From contig OZ219754.1 of assembly GCA_964291295.2 (NCBI GenBank), positions 2,720,001 to 2,784,000 of the forward strand: DNA of 64,000 nt, in the 5' to 3' direction. The translations under genes and the position numbers were made by a program. Below, piece by piece: positions 39,279-48,893 of this stretch. The notes beneath the pieces were generated by a model that ran no database searches, was not told the origin of the DNA, and saw nothing but the letters and a program-made list of their open reading frames with translations. Each line of letters begins with the position of its first letter. Within the stretch, counting starts at the first letter, position 1. Source of the DNA: an uncultured Candidatus Binatia bacterium (GTDB taxonomy: Bacteria; Desulfobacterota; Binatia; UBA9968; JAJDTQ01).

Positions 39279-41102
39279 TCAGCGGCGCAGACGCTTGCGC
39301 TTGTTGGCCAGGTAGTCCACCACGATATAGTTGCCGATCTCATCGGGCGACGTGTGGAAAACCCTGCCGGTGTTCATGCGGGCGAGGCGGTCCACGAAAC
39401 CCGTGCGGTAGTAGTCCGTTCCCAGCATGAACGTGTTGATGCGAATGCCGCTCCGGGTGCAGCGCCGGACCTCCTTGAGAGTCTCGCGCACGATCCTCTC
39501 ATGCAACAGCGCCGAGCCCCAGCCACTATGCAGGCGACCGCCCCGATCGACATTGCAGGCGGTCGGTTCGCCGTCGGTGATGAGGATGATCTGGCGGTTG
39601 ATGGACTTGTTGCTTCCAAGCAGTTGGCGGGAGAACCTCAAGGCTTCCTTGATATCCGTGCCGTGCTCCATGAAGTAGGTGATGGCGACGATGGAGGGCA
39701 GATCCTCGGTGCGGATAATCCTGGCGTTGGAACGGAAGGCCACCAGGTGGAGGATGTCCTGGGGATACCGGGTCTCAATGAGACGGTTCAGCGCCAGCGC
39801 CACTTTCTTGCCGGCGTGCAGGGCATCGTTCATGAGCATGGAGTAGCTTACGTCGATGAGCAGCACGGTCTCGGTATCCGTGGAGAACTCGCGCTGGTAT
39901 ACCTGAAAGTCGCCGGGCTCGATGCGGACGGGGATCCCGGTTCGTCCCTCCTCCAGCGACCGCACCAGGGTTCTGCGGATGTCGATGTCCAGGGGATTGC
40001 CGTATTCGTAGCGCTGCGTCTCTTCCAGCCGCATGCCCTGGTTGCCGACCTTGGCGCTGGCATGCTGCCCCCAACGGTTCCTGTTCATGAGTTGGAATAT
40101 CTCTCTCAGGGCCTTGTCCCCCAGTTGGCGTATGCTCCTGGGGCTGAGCCGCAACCCGCCGCCGGTCTGTACCAGGTACCCCGCATCCACCATCATCTGC
40201 TCGACGCCCTGGAGATACCGGATCTGTTCGCTGGCTTCCTCGCCCAACAGCTCGCGCATGGCGTCCAGGTCGAGGTCGGACACGTCACCGAGTCCCCGGC
40301 GTCCCCATCGCAGGAACTGCTCCAGGCTGCGCAACTGTCCCAGAACCTCTCCGGCCTCCCCCATGCCCATGCGCTGGCTTCCCTGAAAGGGGTACTGGTT
40401 CAGAAGCTGCTCAAGCTGTTCCATCCGGGAGATGGCGTCGCTCAGTTGCTGAAGCTCCTGCCGGCTCAGCGAGTCGAGGTTTTCGAGGAGATTGTCCAGG
40501 TCGTCCACCGCGGCGTCCAGCATGTCGGGCAGGTTCCGAAGAAAATCGTCGTCATCCAGCAGCCGGCTCAGACGCTCCAGCATCTGCGAAAGATCGGGCG
40601 CGCCCGGCCCCGTGAGGTTCTGCGGCCGTTGCATGGAGCGCTGGTCGATCTGCTCCCCGAGCCGCTCCTTGAGCTGCTGGTATCGCTCCTGGGCCCGGCG
40701 CATCCGCTCGGCCAGTTCATCCATGTCCTGGGCGTACCTGCCCGACAGCCGCTCCATGAAGTGGCGCATCTTCTCGTGATACGCTTCGAGCTTCTCCGCC
40801 AGCTCGTTGAGCTTCCGGCCGAGAGCTTCGCTTTCTTCGGCAGACAGCCTGAAGGAGTCCGGCGAGTACTGGTCGAGGAGCTCCTGCTTTCTTGCCTCCG
40901 CCTGTTGCAGCAGATCCCGCAGCCCCTGCACCGAGCGCCGGCCGTCTTCCGACTCGAAGCCCCGCCGCATCAGGCTCCGGAGCGCACGGCGCACCCCCTC
41001 TTCCTCCAGGAACGTGTCCGAGAGCTGTCTCAGCAGATCATGGGCCGTGGGGAAGCGAATCTCCCGGGAGCCGTCCCAAGAGGTGTATCGGTGGACTCTC
41101 AT
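39279..41102 (-). CDS. VWA-domain protein with coiled-coil N-terminal region
   Basis: RYTSWDGS N-terminus, MIDAS DVSYSM, ITDGEPT, RINTFML. Confidence 0.85.
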   Translation of the reverse strand: MRVHRYTSWDGSREIRFPTAHDLLRQLSDTFLEEEGVRRALRSLMRRGFESEDGRRSVQGLRDLLQQAEARKQELLDQYSPDSFRLSAEESEALGRKLNELAEKLEAYHEKMRHFMERLSGRYAQDMDELAERMRRAQERYQQLKERLGEQIDQRSMQRPQNLTGPGAPDLSQMLERLSRLLDDDDFLRNLPDMLDAAVDDLDNLLENLDSLSRQELQQLSDAISRMEQLEQLLNQYPFQGSQRMGMGEAGEVLGQLRSLEQFLRWGRRGLGDVSDLDLDAMRELLGEEASEQIRYLQGVEQMMVDAGYLVQTGGGLRLSPRSIRQLGDKALREIFQLMNRNRWGQHASAKVGNQGMRLEETQRYEYGNPLDIDIRRTLVRSLEEGRTGIPVRIEPGDFQVYQREFSTDTETVLLIDVSYSMLMNDALHAGKKVALALNRLIETRYPQDILHLVAFRSNARIIRTEDLPSIVAITYFMEHGTDIKEALRFSRQLLGSNKSINRQIILITDGEPTACNVDRGGRLHSGWGSALLHERIVRETLKEVRRCTRSGIRINTFMLGTDYYRTGFVDRLARMNTGRVFHTSPDEIGNYIVVDYLANKRKRLRR

Positions 41103-41219
41103 GGGTATTCATCGACTATATCGCAGGCGTTTCCGGCACCGCAACAGCGAAAATCCGCGTCCGCTGGAACGGCGCGGGCGACTCGGTTATACAGAAGCGA
41201 CCCCGCACGAGGAGGCACC

Positions 41220-41456
41220 ATGAAGGTTACCGTCGATACGACGAAGTGCGATGGACACGAGAAGTGCGTGCAGGCCGCGCCCAAGGTCTTCAGGATGAAC
41301 CAGCGATTCATCGCCGAGGTGGCCGACCCCAACGGCGATGCTTCGGACAAGGTGGTTCTGGCCGCCAGGATCTGTCCCACCAAGGCGATCACGGTGGAGG
41401 ACGATGACGGCACGACGCTGTTTCCCGATTCCTCGGGCAGCGCGCCATCGGTCTGA
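41220..41456 (+). CDS. Single-cluster ferredoxin ([3Fe-4S] type, CxxHxxC...CP)
   Basis: GGAGG RBS; VDTTKCDGHEKCVQAAP.VF...ICPTKAI. Confidence 0.88.
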   Translation: MKVTVDTTKCDGHEKCVQAAPKVFRMNQRFIAEVADPNGDASDKVVLAARICPTKAITVEDDDGTTLFPDSSGSAPSV

Positions 41457-41511
41457 CCGGAGCGGCCGCGCGCTCCGGCACCGCGGCCATGCGCGCTGGC
41501 CCGGCCGCCCC

Positions 41512-42744
41512 TCACTCGAAGACGACGCTGGCGAAGCTGCAGATGGAGCCGACCGGGTCCATCGCTCCATGGTCGTGGGCGACCAGACGGCCGCGTTGGG
41601 CCGGCATGGACTTGAGCAGCGTGTATATGGGCGGGAAGCCGCATACGCGCCGCCGGTCGTCTTCCTGTTGGAGGTAGTCGCGAAAACCTTCCGGATCCAC
41701 CCTCTCCACGTGACGCAACATCTCCCGATCACGGCGCTTGACGGTCTCCAGTTCTTCTCCCTCGAAACCGCCGGCATCGCCGTAGCGTGGCCCCACGTGA
41801 GCCAGGTCCGCGCTGGCGACAAGACAGACACGGCGCCCGTCTTCGGCGATGGCCGTGCGCAACGCCTCGGTGAACCGCTTGATGGACTCGCCCGCCGCAC
41901 CGGACCCGGGTGCCTGGCAGGAGAAAGAGCAAAGGACCGGGATGACCGGAATCGCGTTGCCGAAGAGCTGCTGGATGAAAAGTACCTGGAACTCGACGGT
42001 ATGCTCGGAACGGTGGGCCAATTCGTCGGTGAAGAGATCGCCGCCGTGGAGTGCGTGCAGACGGGACAGGAACCGTTCCTCCACCGGAACCACCCCCAGC
42101 GGCGTGGCGAAGCGCTTCGAGGTCAGAACGAAAGGGTTTCGCATCCCGTTGTGCCCGGTTCCCAGGATCACGAAAAGTTCCGGAGGCTCCGCTTCGGCCA
42201 GTTCCTTGTAGGCCCAGGCGTAGGCGTGGCCCCCCAGGCGCAGGTCGATGTGAGGCACGACGATACCGGGTATCCGCCGCTCGGAATTCCGCGCGGCAGG
42301 CAGCCCCGGACCCGCGGGAGGAAGGAACAGCCGCGCCAGCCCTTCCTTCAGCGCGGCGGGCTCTTCGTCATAGCTGACGCCCGCGTGAAAGGCCTCACGG
42401 ACCGTGGCTTCCTGGAACGAACGCGCCAGCCGCAGGTAGTGGCGGTCGAAGTGGTCGCCGGCCAGGAAGTACCCCTCGTCCAAGGTCTGGCAGAGCTGTT
42501 TCAGCAGGGGGAGCGGAAACTCGACCTTGTATTTCTCCCGGCAGGCGGCCTGGACCTCCGGCAACGTGTGCGCGCCGTCGAGGAACTGCAGCGCGCACGC
42601 GGCCTCCACCCGAAGATGCAGGACCTTGTCGCTCAGGTGCCGGGGGTCCCGGATGCCGAAGGACGGCTGACCCTGCTCCCCGGGGACCGGAAAGATATCG
42701 ACATGGCGAAGGCGGGGCCGCATGGAGAGGTTTCCGCTGGCCAT
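41512..42744 (-). CDS. amrB: AmmeMemoRadiSam system protein B (MEMO1 family) with N-terminal extension
   Basis: PHID, GTGH, FATPLG, EHTVE.Q, SADLAHVG.RYGD, VCG. Confidence 0.9.
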   Translation of the reverse strand: MASGNLSMRPRLRHVDIFPVPGEQGQPSFGIRDPRHLSDKVLHLRVEAACALQFLDGAHTLPEVQAACREKYKVEFPLPLLKQLCQTLDEGYFLAGDHFDRHYLRLARSFQEATVREAFHAGVSYDEEPAALKEGLARLFLPPAGPGLPAARNSERRIPGIVVPHIDLRLGGHAYAWAYKELAEAEPPELFVILGTGHNGMRNPFVLTSKRFATPLGVVPVEERFLSRLHALHGGDLFTDELAHRSEHTVEFQVLFIQQLFGNAIPVIPVLCSFSCQAPGSGAAGESIKRFTEALRTAIAEDGRRVCLVASADLAHVGPRYGDAGGFEGEELETVKRRDREMLRHVERVDPEGFRDYLQQEDDRRRVCGFPPIYTLLKSMPAQRGRLVAHDHGAMDPVGSICSFASVVFE

Positions 42745-42822
42745 TCGGACATGGTTATAACGTAGACCGGGAGAATGCGAACGGATGGACGCGCCACCGC
42801 CGCTTCAGGCGGTGTACGGGCA

Positions 42823-43731
42823 ATGAGAAACGGAACGATCACCGCGGTCACCGGCATCCAGGTGGGCCACGCCACCCACCGGCGCGCGCGCACCGGTTGC
42901 ACCGTCGTCCTCTGCACGAAGGGTGCCGTCGCCGGCGTCGACGTGCGCGGATTCGCCCCGGGCACCCGGGAGACCGACACCATCCGGCCCGGACGCCTGG
43001 CGGGACAGGCTCACGGCGTCCTCCTGACCGGCGGCAGCGCCTATGGTCTCGATGCCGCGGCCGGGGTCATGCGGTTTCTCGAAGAACGCGGTGTCGGGTT
43101 TGCAACCCCCCATGCTCCGGTCCCCATCGTCCCCGCCGCGGTGATCTACGACCTGGGCACGGGAGACTCCCGGGTGCGGCCCGACAGGGCCATGGGCTAT
43201 CGCGCCTGCAAGGCGGCAGGCGCCGATCCCGTGCCCACCGGGACGGTGGGTGCCGGGACCGGCGCCACGGTGGGCAAAGCCCCGGGTCTGCGGCCCGCCG
43301 CCGGTGGCATCGGCTCGGCCTGCACGCGGCTCGCCAACGGCGCGGCGGTGGGCGCTCTGGTGGTGGTGAACGCCGTCGGCAGCATCGTCGATCCCGCCAC
43401 CGGCGAGGTGGTTGCCGGCGCCCGCGACGACGGCCCCGGCCGCACGGCCGGGGCGGGAACGAAGCGGCGCCCCGGGCCGGCGGCGCCCGGAACCCATACC
43501 ACCATCGGTGTCATCGCCACCGACGCCGTTCTCTCCCCGACCGAGGCCGGCATGGTGGCCAGCATGGCCCACGACGGCATCGCCCGAGCCGTCCGCCCGT
43601 CCCATACCCTCCACGACGGCGATACGCTGTTCGCCCTTTCCACCGGCAGGCGCCGGGCCGACGCCAACGCCGTCGGCATACTGGCCGCCGAAGTGACGGC
43701 CCGGGCCATTCTGAACGCGGTGGGACGATAG
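42823..43731 (+). CDS. P1 family peptidase (DmpA/L-aminopeptidase-D-esterase)
   Basis: TGCTV, APGTRETD, TGGSAYGL, GAGTGA, TTIGVIATDA, P.HT..DGD. Confidence 0.93.
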   Translation: MRNGTITAVTGIQVGHATHRRARTGCTVVLCTKGAVAGVDVRGFAPGTRETDTIRPGRLAGQAHGVLLTGGSAYGLDAAAGVMRFLEERGVGFATPHAPVPIVPAAVIYDLGTGDSRVRPDRAMGYRACKAAGADPVPTGTVGAGTGATVGKAPGLRPAAGGIGSACTRLANGAAVGALVVVNAVGSIVDPATGEVVAGARDDGPGRTAGAGTKRRPGPAAPGTHTTIGVIATDAVLSPTEAGMVASMAHDGIARAVRPSHTLHDGDTLFALSTGRRRADANAVGILAAEVTARAILNAVGR

Positions 43732-43865
43732 GGCGGGGACGTTCCAGGGGGGACGTTTCCCCGGCCACTCGCCCATGCCGGGGAGGCGTTGCCGGGAGAA
43801 CCGGGGTGCGTCGTCTCCAGGGCAGGCTTGAGCGGGAGCCGCGTTGTCTGTTACACAGAAGGGAG

Positions 43866-43940
43866 GCGCCCGTAGTGAAAAGGACATCACGAGGGTCTCC
43901 GGAACCCTAAGTCCAGGTTCGATTCCTGGCGGGCGCACCA
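43866..43940 (+). tRNA. tRNA-Arg(CCG)
   Basis: GCGCCCG acceptor, AGGGT-CT-CCG-GA-ACCCT anticodon arm, CCAGG-TTCGATT-CCTGG, encoded CCA. Confidence 0.96.
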
Positions 43941-43977
43941 CCCCGCACCATCCCCCGCACCATCCTTGTCCGCACCA
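43934..43977 (+). repeat. Four copies of the tRNA 3' end heptamer CGCACCA
   Basis: CGCACCA at 43934, 43944, 43956, 43971. Confidence 0.7.
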
Positions 43978-44077
43978 AACCCATCGATTCCCGTCGAGTT
44001 GCGCGGCGACGGCCCGAAACCGGGGCGCGGCCAAAGTCCCGGGCCACGGCCGGAGTCCCGGGGCGCGGCCTGGTCGC

Positions 44078-45142
44078 CTACTCCGGCAGCTTGTCGTCGA
44101 TTCCCCTGACGTACCAGTTCATGCCCAGCAGGGTGCCGTCATCGAGCCGATTGCCCTTGGCCACGGCCAGGGAGCCGTCCTGCCTGTAGATGGGACCGTC
44201 AAAGGCGTGCACCCTGCCGGAGCGGATATTCTCTTCGGTGGCCCGGGCCATGGCGGCCACGTCCTCGGGCATGTTGGTGTAGGGAGCCATCCCGACCATG
44301 CCGGTGTCCATCCCGCCCCAGGTGTCCATGGACTTCCAGGAGCCGTCGAGCACCGCCTTGGTGCGCTGGATGTAGTAGGGCCTCCAGTCGTCGATAATGG
44401 CGGTGAGTTGAGTCCCCGGGCCGAACCGGATCATGTCCGACGCCTGACCGAAGGCCTTGACCCCCTTCTCGCCGGCGATCTGCATGGGCGCGGTGGAGTC
44501 GGTGTGCTGGGTGATGATGTCCGCCCCCTGGCCTATGAGCACCTTGGCGGCGTCGGCCTCCTTGCCGGGATCGAACCAGGAGTTCACCCAGACCGTCCTG
44601 ACCTTGAAATCGGGATTGACGGACTGGGCACCGAGCATGAAGGCGTTGATGCCGCGCACGACTTCGGGGATCGGGAAGGAGGCGATGTAGCCCGCCATCC
44701 CGCGCCGGGACATCCGGGCGGCAATCTGCCCGATGACGTAGCGGCCCTCGTAAAAGCGCGAGGAGTAGGTGGCGACATTGTCGGCGCGCTTGTATCCCGT
44801 GGCATGCTCGAACTTCACCTTCGGGAAACGCCTGGCAACCTTGAGGGTCGGGTCCATGAAACCGAAGGAGGTGGTGAAGATCAGTCCGGCGCCCTGGCGG
44901 GCCAGGCGCGTGATGGCGCGCTCGGTGTCCGGCCCTTCGGTGACCTTCTCGATGTAAAGGGTCTCGACCTGACTGCCCAGGGCCTTGCCGACGGCAAGAC
45001 GCCCTTGGTCGTGCTGGTAGCTCCAGCCGTGGTCGCCGATGGGACCGACGTAGATGAAACCGACCTTCAGGGGATCCGCCCCCGAGGCGGCAGTGGCAAG
45101 GGCCAGCACAAGGACGGCCGCCAGCACGATGATCTTTCGCAT
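44078..45142 (-). CDS. BMP family ABC transporter substrate-binding protein (purine nucleoside type)
   Basis: VGFIYVGPIGDHGWSYQHDQGR, TTSFGF, WVNSWFDP, QHTDS. Confidence 0.95.
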   Translation of the reverse strand: MRKIIVLAAVLVLALATAASGADPLKVGFIYVGPIGDHGWSYQHDQGRLAVGKALGSQVETLYIEKVTEGPDTERAITRLARQGAGLIFTTSFGFMDPTLKVARRFPKVKFEHATGYKRADNVATYSSRFYEGRYVIGQIAARMSRRGMAGYIASFPIPEVVRGINAFMLGAQSVNPDFKVRTVWVNSWFDPGKEADAAKVLIGQGADIITQHTDSTAPMQIAGEKGVKAFGQASDMIRFGPGTQLTAIIDDWRPYYIQRTKAVLDGSWKSMDTWGGMDTGMVGMAPYTNMPEDVAAMARATEENIRSGRVHAFDGPIYRQDGSLAVAKGNRLDDGTLLGMNWYVRGIDDKLPE

Positions 45143-45174
45143 GGTTCCTTCTCCGGTGGGTCAAGGGTGCCGGA

Positions 45175-46095
45175 TCAGCGATCCGGCACGAACGTTTGTC
45201 CGATACAAGCAGGTGTATGCATCCTCGTCAAGATTCGGTTGCCGGACATGACCAGCAGCGCCGCAATGGTGACCAGATACGGCAGGGCGGCCAGGAACTG
45301 CGACGGCAGGGCGACGCCGATTCCCTGTGCGTAGAGGCCCATGATCCATACGGTGCCGAAGAGGTAGGCGCCCACGGCCACGCGCCCGGGAGTCCAGGTG
45401 GCGAACACCACCAGCGCCAGCGCGATCCAGCCCCGGCCCGCTGTCATGTTCTCGATCCACTGCGGCGTGTACACCAGCGACAGGTATCCCCCGGCCAGCC
45501 CGGCGCAGGCGCCGCCAAAGGCGATGCAGCCACAGCGCAGGCCGGCGACGTGGTAGCCCAGGGCGTGCGCGGCGTGATGGTTGCTGCCGACAGCACGGAT
45601 GGCCAGCCCCAGGCGTGTGCGGCCGAACATCCAGGCGACCGATGCGGTGATGGCCACGGAAGCGTACACGAGCAAGTCCTGGCCAAACAGCACCGGACCC
45701 ACCAGGGGCAGGTGGCTCAGCCACGGAATGTGAATGGCCTCAAGCTTCACGCCGGGAAATCCGGTGAAAGTCTGGCCCATGAGCCCCGACAGGCCGACAC
45801 CGAACAGTGTCAGGGCCAGACCCGTGGCCATCTGGTTGGCGGCCAGGGTCTGGGTGAGAAAGGCGAACAGCAGCGCCATGCAGACGCCGGTGGCGGTGGC
45901 CGCGGCCACCCCGACAGCCGCCGACCCGGTGGTGTGGGCGGCCGCGAAACCACTCACCGCGCCCATGATCATCATGCCCTCGACCCCGAGGTTGAGGACG
46001 CCGGAACGTTCCGCCACGAGTTCGCCCACCGCCGCCAGCAGCAAGGGCGTCGATGCCGTGATGATGGTAAGCAGGATCGCCTCCAGAGCGCTCAT
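45175..46095 (-). CDS. Nucleoside ABC transporter permease
   Basis: GELVAERSGVLNLGVEGMM, GRGWIALA, ALPYLVT. Confidence 0.95.
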   Translation of the reverse strand: MSALEAILLTIITASTPLLLAAVGELVAERSGVLNLGVEGMMIMGAVSGFAAAHTTGSAAVGVAAATATGVCMALLFAFLTQTLAANQMATGLALTLFGVGLSGLMGQTFTGFPGVKLEAIHIPWLSHLPLVGPVLFGQDLLVYASVAITASVAWMFGRTRLGLAIRAVGSNHHAAHALGYHVAGLRCGCIAFGGACAGLAGGYLSLVYTPQWIENMTAGRGWIALALVVFATWTPGRVAVGAYLFGTVWIMGLYAQGIGVALPSQFLAALPYLVTIAALLVMSGNRILTRMHTPACIGQTFVPDR

Positions 46096-47240
46096 GGCGC
46101 GGCGCCTCCGGCACTGGCGGTGCGCGAAGCGGTGCCGCCGAGCCCCGGGAAGACCCTTTCCCCGGGTTGCGACGGGGGGCGCGCCGCCCACTCCAGCCGC
46201 ACTTGGCAACGAATCAGCGTGTCGCAGGTGAGGATGAAGAAAAGCAGCATGCCCTGGAATACCTGCGCGGTCTTCTCGGAGATGGCAAGCTCCACCTGCG
46301 CCGCCTCGCCGCCGAGGTAGCAGATGGCCAGCACCAGCCCCCCGAACAGCGTGCCCAGCGGATTCAGGCGCCCCAGAAACGCGACGATGATGGCGGTGAA
46401 GCCGTAACCCGGCGAGATGCTGGGTTGAAGCTGTCCCACCGGGCCGGCCACCTCGCAGATTCCCGCCAGTCCGGCCAGGGCGCCGGAGATGCCGAAGCAG
46501 AGCCAGGTGGTTCCCCGCTGGGAGAAGCCGCCGAAACCGCTTGCGCGCGGCGCCTCTCCCCTCACCCGGATCTCGAACCCCTTGAGCGTGCGCGACATGA
46601 ACACGGCCAGCAGCAAGGCCGCGACAACGGCGAAGACGGCGCCGAGATGCACGCGACCGTCGCCGAAGGTGGCCAGCAGATGCCCGTCGCCGAAACTGAC
46701 GGACTTGGGAAAGTTGAACCCGTGGGGGTCGCGCCACGGCCCCCGCACCAGCCAGTCCAGCAGATACCGGGCCACGTACACCAGCATCAGGCTGGTGAGG
46801 ATCTCGTTGGCGCCGAAGCGGTTGCGCAGGAGCGCCGGCACCGCCGCCCAGGCCATGCCGCCGAGCATGCCCAGCAGCAACATGGCGGGAAGCGCCAGCG
46901 CCGAATCCCACCGGGGCGCCAGGATGGGGATGGCGGCGCCGGCCAGAGCGCCGGCGACGAGTTGGCCCTCGGCGCCGATGTTCCAGAGATCGGCGCGAAA
47001 GCAGACCGCCAGGCCCGCTCCGATCAGAACCAGGGGTGTGGCCTTGACGAGAAGCTCCTCCAACGACCAGAGGGTCGTCAGGGGACTGACGAAATAGACG
47101 TAGAGGGCGTGCAGGGGATCAAGACCCTGGAAGGCGAAGAGGATGCTCCCGGACAGCAAGGTCAGGGCCACGGCGAGCAGCGGTGAAGCGAGCTGCATCG
47201 CCCGGCTGCGCTCCGCCCGCTTCTGAAGCACCACCCTCAC
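46092..47240 (-). CDS. Nucleoside ABC transporter permease
   Basis: WNIGAEGQ, NEILTSLM, GYGFTAIIVAFLGRLNP. Confidence 0.95.
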   Translation of the reverse strand: MRVVLQKRAERSRAMQLASPLLAVALTLLSGSILFAFQGLDPLHALYVYFVSPLTTLWSLEELLVKATPLVLIGAGLAVCFRADLWNIGAEGQLVAGALAGAAIPILAPRWDSALALPAMLLLGMLGGMAWAAVPALLRNRFGANEILTSLMLVYVARYLLDWLVRGPWRDPHGFNFPKSVSFGDGHLLATFGDGRVHLGAVFAVVAALLLAVFMSRTLKGFEIRVRGEAPRASGFGGFSQRGTTWLCFGISGALAGLAGICEVAGPVGQLQPSISPGYGFTAIIVAFLGRLNPLGTLFGGLVLAICYLGGEAAQVELAISEKTAQVFQGMLLFFILTCDTLIRCQVRLEWAARPPSQPGERVFPGLGGTASRTASAGGAAP

Positions 47241-48793
47241 GTCCGCAGATCCCGGTCCGGCGCCGGGCCGGCCTCCGGCGTTCCAGCCATGAGCATGCCG
47301 ATGCGTTCGCGGTCGATTCCTCCGGCCGGGAATGTGTCCGACAGGGTGCCGCGGGAGATGACCGCGATGCGGTCGGCGATCTCGAAGATTTCGTCCAGAT
47401 CCTGGCTGATGACCAGCACGGCCGCGCCGTCCCGGGCCCGGTTCACCAGAGCCTGCCGGATGACCGCCGCCGCACCTGCGTCCATCCCCCAGGTGGGCTG
47501 ATGGATCACCAGGATTCGGGGTTCGCGGTCCAGCTCCCGACCCACCACGAATTTCTGCAGGTTGCCGCCGGAAAGCGCATGGGCCTGCTGATCCTGATGG
47601 CCGGCCCGCACGTCGAAGCGCCGGGCGACCCGCGCCGCCAGGGCCCGGGTCCGGCCGCCGGCGACGAATCCGCCGCGCACCAGGTCATCGCCGGAGGCAT
47701 GTCGGGTGAGCAGCACATTCTCCGACAACCGGAAGCCGGGCACGGCGCTGTGTCCCAGCCGTTCCTCGGGCACGAAGGCGGCCCCCAGGCGCCGGCGCTC
47801 GGTGATGTCCTGACTGCCGCACGGCTTGCCGGCGATGAGAACCGATTCCGGCGTGGGAGCCAGCCGTTCCCCCGAGAGCACCTCGAAGAGCTCGGACTGG
47901 CCGTTGCCGGCCACGCCGGCCACCGCCGTCACCTCGCCGCTTCGAAGCTCGAGGGAGACGTTGCGCAACGTCATGCCGAAGGGGCGGGTGGCCGGGATGG
48001 AGAGGTCGGCGATGGCCAGCGCCGTGGGACCGGCCGTTTGACGCGCCTCGGCGTGGACCGACCGCACCTCCGCGCCCACCATGAGCCGCGCCAGCGATGC
48101 CGTGGTCTCGGCCCGGGGGTCGACATCGGCCACCACCTGGCCTTGGCGCAGGATGGTGGCGCGGTGACAGAGTTCCCTTGTCTCCTCCAGTCGATGCGAG
48201 ATGTAGAGCACCGCACAGCCGTCACGGGCGAGTCGCCTCACGGTGTGGAAGAGTTGCCGGGCCTCCTGGGGTGTCAGCACCGCGGTGGGTTCGTCCATGA
48301 TCAGCAAACGGGGTTGCTGGAGCAGACAGCGCACCACCTCGATGCGCTGGCGTACCCCCACCGGGAGATCCGCCACCAGCGCCGTGGGCTCCAGCGGCAA
48401 CCCATACGCCGCCGATATCTTCTCGACTCTCCGGGCCAGCGCCCGCAGGTCGAAGGAACCGGGGAGCGCGAGGGCGATGTTCTCCACCACGGTCAGGGCC
48501 TCGAACAGCGAGAAATGCTGGAAGACCATCCCGATACCCCGTTGTCGGGCCGCCCGGGGGTCCGGCACGATGATGTTCCCGCCGCGCCAGCGAAGCCGGC
48601 CCGCTGTCGGCTGCAGCGCTCCGTAGATGATCTTGACCAAGGTGGACTTGCCCGCCCCGTTCTCCCCCAGCAGCGCGTGGATTTCCCCGGGTCGCAGGCG
48701 CAAGGTGATCCTGTCGTTGGCGGTGAAGGCACCGAAGCGCTTGACGATATCCTCGGCCTCGAGAAGGTAGCCGCCGCCGTCCATCATCTCCAT
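47237..48793 (-). CDS. Nucleoside ABC transporter ATP-binding protein (two ATPase domains)
   Basis: GENGAGKST, DEPT, ISH, LSGGNLQK. Confidence 0.95.
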   Translation of the reverse strand: MEMMDGGGYLLEAEDIVKRFGAFTANDRITLRLRPGEIHALLGENGAGKSTLVKIIYGALQPTAGRLRWRGGNIIVPDPRAARQRGIGMVFQHFSLFEALTVVENIALALPGSFDLRALARRVEKISAAYGLPLEPTALVADLPVGVRQRIEVVRCLLQQPRLLIMDEPTAVLTPQEARQLFHTVRRLARDGCAVLYISHRLEETRELCHRATILRQGQVVADVDPRAETTASLARLMVGAEVRSVHAEARQTAGPTALAIADLSIPATRPFGMTLRNVSLELRSGEVTAVAGVAGNGQSELFEVLSGERLAPTPESVLIAGKPCGSQDITERRRLGAAFVPEERLGHSAVPGFRLSENVLLTRHASGDDLVRGGFVAGGRTRALAARVARRFDVRAGHQDQQAHALSGGNLQKFVVGRELDREPRILVIHQPTWGMDAGAAAVIRQALVNRARDGAAVLVISQDLDEIFEIADRIAVISRGTLSDTFPAGGIDRERIGMLMAGTPEAGPAPDRDLRT

Positions 48794-48893
48794 GCGTCGA
48801 GCCCGCTCACTGCTACAATATAGGGTATCCTGAGAACGCCGGCACACTATATGGGGTGTCGGTGCCACGTGCAACCATCCCGGCCCCAAGGGG

